Source: an uncultured Verrucomicrobiota bacterium (GTDB lineage: Bacteria; Verrucomicrobiota; Verrucomicrobiia; Limisphaerales; SXQI01). From it: a stretch of 64,000 nucleotides of DNA. The notes beneath the pieces were generated by a model. That model ran no database searches. It was not told where the DNA came from and worked only from the letters and a program-made list of their open reading frames with translations. Every line of letters starts with the position of its first letter. Position 1 is the stretch's first letter. The stretch spans positions 175,743-239,742 of the forward strand of contig CAZMKE010000007.1 of NCBI GenBank assembly GCA_964566945.1. Reading direction: 5' to 3'. Of this stretch, positions 7,883 to 15,392 are shown in pieces. Made by a program: the position numbers and the translations under genes.

Positions 7883-9665
7883 GCCGGCCGAGAGCGGACA
7901 CCGCAAAGATCAGCGGGTAAAGCCGCTCGAAATACCACAAGCGGGCAAAATAGAGGCCAATCGGCGCCGCCTCCTGGCCGCTGTCCTCGCGGAGAAGGCT
8001 GAGCAACCGGACCACTCCTCGTTCCAGCGCGACCTCGGGTCCGGACAGAGGAGCCAGCGCCTCAAGAGCCAGGGCGGTTTCTTCAATTGATTCGGGAGTA
8101 TTGGCTGCGCCACCCCAGCCGCCCGTTTCTTGCTGGACAGAGAGGAGAAATCTGGCCGCGCGATTCTGCACCTCCCGGAACTCTGGAGGCAGGGCGCTCA
8201 CCTCATTTAGCCCAATGAGAACCTGCGCGGTTCCGTAGACTGGATTGGATTCATCGGAAGCATGTTCGTTCCCAAACCAGAGCGGTTGGAATGATCCGTC
8301 CCAACGCTGGCTTTTGGCGAGGAAGCGCAAGGCCTTTCCGGTGGCACGGTCCAGAACGTGGCGGACGGTTGGACCCACATGATCACGCCAGCTGGAGAAA
8401 GCGCGGAGGGCATGCGCAGTGATTTCGGGAGTGCTTCGATCAAACGGCAGCGTTCCCCAGCCGCGACAGAACGTGGGGACTCCGCCGTCACTATTCTGCA
8501 GGCCGAGCAGCCAGTGAATGCCGTGTTCGGCGGCGGACACGGTCTTCCCGTTGATGGCTCCGAGATGGTGAAGCGCCACCAGAGCCCCGGCGGTATCGTC
8601 CGCGTCCGGAACGCCGCCCGGGAGATTTGTCCACGCCCATGCGCCTGGCGCCGCTCCGGTGTAGGGATGAACGATTTTGGTTTGTTCAGCGAGCAGGCTT
8701 TGGCTCAGGTGATGGCAGTCCTCTACTGACAGAATCCCGGCCTGGGGTCGAAGCGCTTTGATGCTCAAGGTGGTGACCCAGGTGGAGAGGTTGGTGTCGA
8801 TCGGCCAACTGCCATCGGCCCGGACCGAAGCGCGAAGAAAAGAGACGGCGCGGTTCGCCACCAGGCTGCGGGCCTGGCCCGCCGCTGCGAGGCTCATGGT
8901 CACAAAAGCGGTCAGGGGTGTTGCTTCCAGGAAGCCGCCGTTCACGGGTTGGAGGCGCTCGAGCAAAGCAAGAGCCCGGGGCGCCGCGAAGCAGCGGAGG
9001 GTGCGGGCGAGGGGGTTGCGGGAGGGCGCGTGCGCGTGGATCACGTTCCCGATCGCGATCAGAGCCGGCAAGGCGTAGCTGACCACGGGCAAGCGAAGCG
9101 CGCCGAACAGGCTTCGCGGAAGAACGGCCAGTTCGAAGGGAAGCGCGGGAATTTCGCGCCACAATTCCGGACCGAACCGTCCGCTGATGGCGAGCGTGAC
9201 CAGAATTGGCACGGAGAAGGTGCGGTCCTTGCCATAGCGCTCAGCGATGGCTTCCGGCAGACGATCAAGCGTGCCGGCCCGTTCCGTGAGCCAGCGTTCA
9301 GCGGCGTGAGCTGCGGCGGCGGGGCGAGGATGGCCAGCGACCATAGCCAGCGCGGCCCAGCAAAGTGCGGTGGTCGACATGTTGCTCTTGCTGCGGATGG
9401 TGTCGCCCCAGCCGCCGTCCTGGTTCTGATGGCCCGCGAGCCAGTTGAGGCCCCTTTGGATTAGAGTTTCGTGATCCTCTGCGCTGGTTTGAAGGTCGAT
9501 CTGCCGCAACGCGACAACCGCTACGGCGGTGGACAGAGCACTGCTGCTCAGTTCCCCGCTCCAGCGGCCATCGTCTCCTCGTTCGTTGAGCAACCGGCCG
9601 GTGAGCCGCGCCAGTGCTGACGACACTTCAACGGCCCAGTCGAATGGTGAGGCGCGATTGCTCAC
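7809..9665 (-). CDS. Squalene-hopene cyclase family class II terpene cyclase
   Basis: 618 aa. The protonation motif VPDADDTAGAL corresponds to DxDDTA in SHC. QW-type repeats are present: DDGRWSGE, NQDGGWGD, RADGSWP, RWDGSFQPLW and QETGGWGG. The C-terminal LYFARLWYFERLYPLIFAVSALGRL parallels the SHC GFPGDFYL...FPL.ALGRY. The GTG start overlaps the upstream stop (GTGA). Confidence 0.85.
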   Translation of the reverse strand: MSNRASPFDWAVEVSSALARLTGRLLNERGDDGRWSGELSSSALSTAVAVVALRQIDLQTSAEDHETLIQRGLNWLAGHQNQDGGWGDTIRSKSNMSTTALCWAALAMVAGHPRPAAAAHAAERWLTERAGTLDRLPEAIAERYGKDRTFSVPILVTLAISGRFGPELWREIPALPFELAVLPRSLFGALRLPVVSYALPALIAIGNVIHAHAPSRNPLARTLRCFAAPRALALLERLQPVNGGFLEATPLTAFVTMSLAAAGQARSLVANRAVSFLRASVRADGSWPIDTNLSTWVTTLSIKALRPQAGILSVEDCHHLSQSLLAEQTKIVHPYTGAAPGAWAWTNLPGGVPDADDTAGALVALHHLGAINGKTVSAAEHGIHWLLGLQNSDGGVPTFCRGWGTLPFDRSTPEITAHALRAFSSWRDHVGPTVRHVLDRATGKALRFLAKSQRWDGSFQPLWFGNEHASDESNPVYGTAQVLIGLNEVSALPPEFREVQNRAARFLLSVQQETGGWGGAANTPESIEETALALEALAPLSGPEVALERGVVRLLSLLREDSGQEAAPIGLYFARLWYFERLYPLIFAVSALGRLKECANRRLSAAGAGASSPPPPVS

Positions 9666-10543
9666 AGCGACAGGTGCCCCAGGGCGAGCAGGCCGTAAAA
9701 CGTGTATTCGGGGTCAAGGAAATCGTCGGCCCAATGCCCATGAAAGCCGCCTTCGGCATTCCAGAGCGTATCGAGCAGGTCGAGACATTTTTCGTGGAGG
9801 TTGCTCGGCAGCCGGCGGCCCAGGCAAGAGAGGGCGTGCAGGGCGGTCGAAGTCGACAAGAGGTCCGGGATGGGAGCGCCTGGAACCGCGATGAATCCTC
9901 CTTGAGGATGGGCCTGCCGGAGGATCCAATCGCCAACCGCAGGGTTGACTGGGAACCCAAGGTGCGAAATCAGCGTGACTGCGGCGGCGGTGGGGTTCAT
10001 CGAGCCGGTCTTCTGGGTGGGGAGGTTGCTCCAGGAATGATCGTCCGTCTCAAGCCGTTTCAAGGAACGGATCAGGCGCAGGGCGTCGGGCGGCTTTTGT
10101 TTGAGATCCTGGTAGGCGCCCAACGAGACAAACGCGTCATAGGCAGTTCCGAAGCCAGCCGCGGGGTTGGAGTTGTAGCCGCCGTCCGGCTGGCGGAATT
10201 GCTCGATCCGCTGCAACACGGCGCTGATGGTCTCGGGCGGCGCGCCTCCCGCCACGGCCCAGCAACGAGCTAGGGCTCCCAGATGCACAAAGTCCAAGGA
10301 TGCGCCGTCCCCAAATTGGGTCAACCATGCGCGGGTCTGTTCCGCCGGGACAGGCACATCCAAAGTCTGCGCGCCGGCGAGAGCGAAAATGGTATAATAA
10401 AGATCGGGCTTTCCGTCCCGGTCGCAAGCACACCCTTGAGGAGTGATCTGGCGGGCGTAGAAATCTCTGACCAAGTCCGTTGAGTCCGCCAAGAGGCGGG
10501 GCGCCAGGCGGGCGACCTGGAGCAACTGCAGCCTCAGGCTCAT
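9662..10543 (-). CDS. Prenyltransferase / squalene oxidase repeat protein (single alpha/alpha-barrel, 293 aa)
   Basis: Repeats RQPDGGYNS, AHPQGGFIAV and WNAEGGFHGHW are spaced like prenyltransferase beta-subunit / terpene cyclase barrel repeats. There are ATGA overlaps with both neighbouring genes. Confidence 0.7.
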   Translation of the reverse strand: MSLRLQLLQVARLAPRLLADSTDLVRDFYARQITPQGCACDRDGKPDLYYTIFALAGAQTLDVPVPAEQTRAWLTQFGDGASLDFVHLGALARCWAVAGGAPPETISAVLQRIEQFRQPDGGYNSNPAAGFGTAYDAFVSLGAYQDLKQKPPDALRLIRSLKRLETDDHSWSNLPTQKTGSMNPTAAAVTLISHLGFPVNPAVGDWILRQAHPQGGFIAVPGAPIPDLLSTSTALHALSCLGRRLPSNLHEKCLDLLDTLWNAEGGFHGHWADDFLDPEYTFYGLLALGHLSL

Positions 10544-12297
10544 CCGGCGGGGACAGGCTCAACGGCGCGCGGCTGGGCGGTCGGTTGGGCAGCCCGATTT
10601 AGTTGCTCCTGCTCCTTGCACCAGCCTTTGATTTCCACGTCGTTAAAGATCTTTCCGAGAGTTCGGCGGAGCAGCCCCTTCAGGCTGGCATTCTCGAGGG
10701 ACGCCAAAGCACGAACGGCCTCCTCCTTGTAGCTTTCGAGCAGGTGTTGCGCGCGTTCATCCGCCTTCAATTCACGCGCGAGGGCGGCCAGGCGCGCAGG
10801 GTCGGCGGCTTCCTTTTTCTGCCAGACGGCGTCCAGATAAGTCCGGGTGTCGCCCGCTGCTCGGTCCCGGGCGACCGCCAGAAGGAGGCTGGGGCGCAGT
10901 TGTGCGAAATCGTTCGAGTCGATGCTGCCGTCGAAGTCCGCGAGATCATCGCGAATCTGGTAGGCGATCCCCAAGGCGGCGCTGAACGCGGAGATGACGT
11001 CGGCACATTCATCCTGGCGATTCGCCGCGATGGCTCCCAGGCGCAGGGCAACTTCGAAGGCTGGGGCGGTTTTGCGGCGGAAAATATCAATCACCTGGAC
11101 CGGAGTGAGAACCGATGGAGAACGATTCCAGTCGAGTTCAGCCCCCTGGCCGCGGCAAAGCTCGCGCTGCCCTTCGGAAGCGACGCGGAGCATCTCGCAT
11201 TTGGCCGTCGCCGGCAAATTGCACGAGGCCAGCAAGCGATAACCCTCGCCGATCATCAAATCGCCGACGTTCAGGGCGAAGGGCACGCCAAATTCCGTGT
11301 GCAGGGTCTTCTGCCCATAACGCACGTCGTCGCCATCCTCGATGTCGTCATGGATCAGGGACGCCTTGTGAAAATATTCGACCGCGATGGCAACTTTCTT
11401 CAGATCAGGCGTGACGGGGCTGTTGGAGTCGGCGAGCGCCCGCCAGGCGGCGATGGTCAGGAAGGGGCGCCAGCGCTTGCCAGCTCGCATCAGCCAGTCG
11501 CGCGCCACCTTTTCGGCGGGCGTGGCGGCCGGGCCAAGGAGGATCTCCAAGCTGGCCGGCGTAAACCAGGAATCGACTTCGTCGCGCAATGCTGACAGGT
11601 CGAGGCGCCGGGTTTTGTCGTCGCTGGTGAGGTGGATGTACTCCCAGACCCAGTCCAAGTCGACATTCGTATCGATACAATCGTCCTGCAGCAGGGGCAC
11701 CGCGACGCCGGGAATGGCCGCGGCTTCCATGTAAGGGAAAGCGCGCTCAAGAACACTCAGGCAGCTCACGCCGACAATCGCTTCGATTTTGCCTGTTTGA
11801 ATCAGGCTCATGACAATGGCCGAGCCCTCGGCCACGAGGACGGCGTAGCCGAGCTTTTCCGCTTCGACGGTCAGATCTTGAATCGAACAGAGGCCGCACT
11901 GTTTGCAGAGCAATCCGAACTCATCGAAAGGAGCGGGACACTTGCTCTCCACCCGCAGGCACTTGGGCAATAGGAGCAGACGCCGTTCGAATGGGACGGC
12001 GGCGAGCGATTCGCGCCACATCTCGTTGTTGATCAGAACGCCGATGTAATCGCGATAAATCGGATCACACTGAAGCGCGGTTACCAGGCGGTCCGCGTGG
12101 ACCTTCAGTTCGGCGGCCGGGAGCGGCGGAACCGGATTGAATTCCGCGACGTAGTGGCGAACCGTTTGCAGAATGTGCTGCCGCATTTGCGGCGTGGGGG
12201 GGATGTTCTTTTTCGGCGCCCTCCATTTCTGTAAGGGAACAAGCTTGGGCAGGGCGGGCACTTTACCGATCCCCAGATTCAGCGGCGTTTCGATCAT
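10540..12297 (-). CDS. DUF116 domain fused to a trans-polyprenyl diphosphate synthase
   Basis: The N-terminal half carries the DUF116-like Cys pattern: LLLLPKCLRVESKC, LLCKQCGLCSI, IVGVSCLSVLE and LLQDDCIDTNVD. The C-terminal half carries both Asp-rich motifs: LIHDDIEDGDDVRYG (FARM) and AYQIRDDLADF (SARM). Confidence 0.8.
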   Translation of the reverse strand: MIETPLNLGIGKVPALPKLVPLQKWRAPKKNIPPTPQMRQHILQTVRHYVAEFNPVPPLPAAELKVHADRLVTALQCDPIYRDYIGVLINNEMWRESLAAVPFERRLLLLPKCLRVESKCPAPFDEFGLLCKQCGLCSIQDLTVEAEKLGYAVLVAEGSAIVMSLIQTGKIEAIVGVSCLSVLERAFPYMEAAAIPGVAVPLLQDDCIDTNVDLDWVWEYIHLTSDDKTRRLDLSALRDEVDSWFTPASLEILLGPAATPAEKVARDWLMRAGKRWRPFLTIAAWRALADSNSPVTPDLKKVAIAVEYFHKASLIHDDIEDGDDVRYGQKTLHTEFGVPFALNVGDLMIGEGYRLLASCNLPATAKCEMLRVASEGQRELCRGQGAELDWNRSPSVLTPVQVIDIFRRKTAPAFEVALRLGAIAANRQDECADVISAFSAALGIAYQIRDDLADFDGSIDSNDFAQLRPSLLLAVARDRAAGDTRTYLDAVWQKKEAADPARLAALARELKADERAQHLLESYKEEAVRALASLENASLKGLLRRTLGKIFNDVEIKGWCKEQEQLNRAAQPTAQPRAVEPVPAG

Positions 12298-13586
12298 ACC
12301 GATTGCAGTTGGCTCTTGCTCTTGTCCTCTTTATGTCGCGTTAATTCACGCCGCAAAGTGTCGGCTTTTTCCGCCGCGCCTTGATGCATCTCGCGATAAG
12401 CACCAAAATCGCTGAACCAATACTTTTTGGCCAGCTTATACATCCAGTGCTTCTCCGGGACTTCTTCTCCTGGAAGCCATTGGCTGAAACGAGGTTGCAT
12501 CGCTTCCAGTTCCGCCATGGCCGTGCCGCGCAACGTGGTGTCTCGCGCTCCATGCTTGTGAACGAGTTCCTTGACCAGGTCCGGCCGCTCCAGCACCACG
12601 CACCCGCGAGTGTGGCGGGCGCTCAGCGTGCGAAAATCGCGCAAGAAGGCCGAGTCGCGCATGGTTTCGTAGATGCCCCGGCGGTCGCGGATATTCTCTG
12701 ACGCAAACTGAATGATCGGGCATGGCTCGATGTCACCGGCCGGATTGACATGATGAGAGATTCCGGTCGACATCGGGCAGAGCGCCTGGCCCTTGCCATC
12801 GTAATACGCATCGATGATGGCGATTGGCATTTTGGCCCGCATCTCCACGACGAACTTGCGGACTCGCACTAATTGATCCGGGCGAAGCGCCAGCTCCGGG
12901 TTCATTTTCGGGCCGACGGGCCGGTAGGTGTGATACCAGACGTAGTGGACCCCTCGGGCAATCAATTCCTGCAGCCACGCTTCCGTGAGCAGTTCCTCGA
13001 TGTTGGTCTGGCAAACGCTGGTAGCCACGCCGGTGAGCAGTCCGGCTTTGAGGCAGGCGTCCAACCCCCGCAGGGTTCGATTAAAAACATCCTTTTTTCC
13101 CCGGCGCTGGTCGCTGGTGATCTCACGCCCTTCAATGGAGATGAGGGGAGTGGTGTTGCCAATCGCCCGCAATTCGGTGGCGATCTTATCGGTAATAAAC
13201 TGGCCGTTGGTAAAAACCTGGAAATAGCAGCCGGGATTCGATCGCAGCAACTCCATCAATTCGGGATGCATGAAGGGCTCGCCGCCCAAGATACCGAAGA
13301 ACGCGTTGCCATGGTGCTTGGCCTCGCGGATGGTGCGGTTGAGCGAAGCAAGGTCGATCTGGGTCCGTTCCGCTTCTACATCCACCCAGCAGCCCTGGCA
13401 ACGCAGGTTGCACGAGTTGATGATTGAGAGATAAAGGAATGGCGGAAAGTACTCCCCGCGTTTCAGCCGGTGCTTGAAGCGCTCGACGGACACGAGGCCC
13501 TTGACTCCAAAATTCCAGGCGAATTTGCCCAGGCAATGAAAGCTGGCGGTCCGAGCCGTCCGGAAAATGAGACCCGGCAGCATCAT
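12294..13586 (-). CDS. Radical SAM enzyme (HpnH-like layout)
   Basis: CX3CX2C motif in SIINSCNLRCQGCWV, plus FGILGGEPF. There is a C-terminal Cys pair in ALCPMSTGISHHVNPAGDIEPCPI. ATGA overlaps occur at both ends. Confidence 0.85.
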   Translation of the reverse strand: MMLPGLIFRTARTASFHCLGKFAWNFGVKGLVSVERFKHRLKRGEYFPPFLYLSIINSCNLRCQGCWVDVEAERTQIDLASLNRTIREAKHHGNAFFGILGGEPFMHPELMELLRSNPGCYFQVFTNGQFITDKIATELRAIGNTTPLISIEGREITSDQRRGKKDVFNRTLRGLDACLKAGLLTGVATSVCQTNIEELLTEAWLQELIARGVHYVWYHTYRPVGPKMNPELALRPDQLVRVRKFVVEMRAKMPIAIIDAYYDGKGQALCPMSTGISHHVNPAGDIEPCPIIQFASENIRDRRGIYETMRDSAFLRDFRTLSARHTRGCVVLERPDLVKELVHKHGARDTTLRGTAMAELEAMQPRFSQWLPGEEVPEKHWMYKLAKKYWFSDFGAYREMHQGAAEKADTLRRELTRHKEDKSKSQLQSV

Positions 13587-14419
13587 GATGCCGCGCTCCC
13601 TAAAGCGGCTTTGGCCCGGGCCGCGGCCTCCTCGGCTTTGCGAGCGATTTCCTCCGGGCTCGGCAGGCTCATAAGCACTTCGGGAGGAACGTCAGCGGCC
13701 AGGCTGGCCAGTTTCGTCAGGCATTTTTGTCGCTCGGTCAGCGCCTTGTCCGAATCGCGCTCCTTGGAGAAGCGGGATTGGGCGCGCTCGCTGCGGGTGC
13801 GGAGCATCGAATAAACATCTCCGCCCAGCAGGGCCGAAATATCGATCTTCATCTTTTCACGATTCAGATCAGAGTCGCTCACCACATCCCCGTTGATAGG
13901 GCCGGCTTTGTACTTGGGAAACATGATCGCGGCTTCCGGGCAGACGCGGGAGCACGCCGGGCAGTTCGTTTTGCAATTGTCTTCGTTCTGGACCTGAATG
14001 CGCTTCTCGCCGTCCACGCCATAGACTCCGAACAGGCAAAAACTGAGGCATTGCATGCAGTTGGTGCACCGATCGTAATCAATGACGGGAAACCAGGGCT
14101 TCCACGCGCCCGGGGTGGGGGCGGAGAACCCGTGTTCCAGGCTTCCGACGCGATCCGCGAGTTTCACGGGATCCGATTCCAGTTGTGCAAACCGCACACG
14201 CGGCGAAGGGGACTCGGGCAGGCCATCGGCAAAGCGGCCAAAAACCGCGAGGGGCGTTTCGTCGTCCGGGGCCACTGGGCGTTCGCTGCCGGCGCGCGTC
14301 ACCGAATGTCCGCTTTCAAGCAACGCGGAGATGGCGCTAAACCGCTCCTCGCCGCTCAAGGCTGCGGCACCGTTTCCTTCGTAAAGGATGATTCTGAGTT
14401 GATCGCTTTTCAGGGCCAT
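13583..14419 (-). CDS. 2x[4Fe-4S] ferredoxin-domain protein with Lys/Ala-rich C-terminus
   Basis: CTNCMQCLSFC and CKTNCPACSRVCP are dicluster motifs. The start is set at ATG 14419 (MALKSDQ...), because the ORF-track extension to 14623 overlaps the upstream gene. Confidence 0.8.
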   Translation of the reverse strand: MALKSDQLRIILYEGNGAAALSGEERFSAISALLESGHSVTRAGSERPVAPDDETPLAVFGRFADGLPESPSPRVRFAQLESDPVKLADRVGSLEHGFSAPTPGAWKPWFPVIDYDRCTNCMQCLSFCLFGVYGVDGEKRIQVQNEDNCKTNCPACSRVCPEAAIMFPKYKAGPINGDVVSDSDLNREKMKIDISALLGGDVYSMLRTRSERAQSRFSKERDSDKALTERQKCLTKLASLAADVPPEVLMSLPSPEEIARKAEEAAARAKAALGSAAS

Positions 14420-14424
14420 AGGGT

Positions 14425-14820
14425 CTAGACCGGAATTGGGGTTGAGGTTTCGTCCGGCCTGGTTTCCTTGCCAGCAGGCAGGTTCGGGGTCACGGCAGCG
14501 TTGAACAAAGCGGAACAAGCCTCTTCGGCGGACAATTTTCGAAGGTTGACGACCTCGGTGGTTTCGATCGGCAGCGAGGCGTGCGCGGCCGCGAAGAGCC
14601 ATTTTACGGCGCGCGGGTAGCACGCGGCGATTTTGACCGGGCCGGCCGCCGCCAGGCGCTGCAGCGCAGGGTCGCGACGGGCCGAAAGCTCACAGAGATC
14701 GGCCACCGCCTCGAAAGGTTCGCCGGAATCGCAAAGCTTTTTGAGCACCGCCTTCTTCACCTCGTCGGGGAGAACCCGGGCGTATTGGCAGTGGCAATAA
14801 AGAATCGATGGAGAGGTCAT
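14425..14820 (-). CDS. Cys-containing hypothetical protein (131 aa)
   Basis: MTSPSILYCHCQYARVLPDEV... with further Cys at LCDSG, LCELS and IAACYP. It sits 6 nt upstream of the ferredoxin gene in the same operon. I cannot name a family with confidence. Confidence 0.5.
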   Translation of the reverse strand: MTSPSILYCHCQYARVLPDEVKKAVLKKLCDSGEPFEAVADLCELSARRDPALQRLAAAGPVKIAACYPRAVKWLFAAAHASLPIETTEVVNLRKLSAEEACSALFNAAVTPNLPAGKETRPDETSTPIPV

Positions 14821-14838
14821 GCGCGTTCGACTTTCGCG

Positions 14839-15297
14839 TTACTTGGACTGTTGTTGTTTCTCCAACATTCGATCAATGGTTGCGTCCAGCAGGTTACAGT
14901 AATCTTTGACGTCGAGCGAGCGCGCTTCTGGCGAACCCTCGAACTGGTAAATCCAGCCGCGGTCGTAAGGGGATTCGCTGATGGCGTCCAATGTGGACTC
15001 CAGAGCTGGGTTTCCGCTGACGAACCGTCCTTCGGCCACGCAAAAAATGTCGCTGAGCGCTTTGAAGCCTTCGATGCTGCCGAGGACATCTCCGGGCACG
15101 ATTGGATCGCCAGAGCGCCGCTCCAGCTGCAGATCGACAATTTCTCCGAGCATGCGGAGCGCGAACTTGGTGTAACCAACGCGCCATTGATTGGCGGTGT
15201 CGTCCACCCGGCTGAGCCAGCAGTGGGAATGGGTGAAGCGATACGCATCCGGCAGATGAGTGACGAAGGTGGCGCGTTTGTAAAAGACGGTCGGCAT
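14839..15297 (-). CDS. Glycine cleavage H-protein-like (lipoyl/biotinyl-attachment fold) protein
   Basis: GDVLGSIEGFKALSDIFCVAEGRFVSGN parallels the GcvH G.VESVKAASD...P.SG.V..VN, with the lipoyl-Lys position conserved. SPYDRGWIYQF parallels DPYG.GW. Start set at ATG 15297. Confidence 0.75.
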   Translation of the reverse strand: MPTVFYKRATFVTHLPDAYRFTHSHCWLSRVDDTANQWRVGYTKFALRMLGEIVDLQLERRSGDPIVPGDVLGSIEGFKALSDIFCVAEGRFVSGNPALESTLDAISESPYDRGWIYQFEGSPEARSLDVKDYCNLLDATIDRMLEKQQQSK

Positions 15298-15392
15298 TGC
15301 TTGTCCGGGCGCAAGGTAACGGAACGGGCAGGTGGCATTCAAGCTCCGCGTCCAGACTCGCCAGGGAAGGGCCCGCTGTGTAGGGTGCGGCG

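Noticed and set aside
7809-15297. Interpretation of the terpenoid operon as a standard hopanoid (hpn) locus.
   Set aside because: No squalene synthase (HpnC/D/E or Sqs) and no HpnG nucleosidase is present in or next to the operon. The locus instead carries a polyprenyl synthase fusion, a GcvH-like protein and Fe-S proteins. I therefore keep it as a non-canonical cluster, pending a whole-genome check.
14817-15338. 173-aa alternative-frame ORF overlapping the GcvH-like gene.
   Set aside because: It has no motifs, whereas the other frame carries the GcvH Lys-loop and DPYG-like motif.
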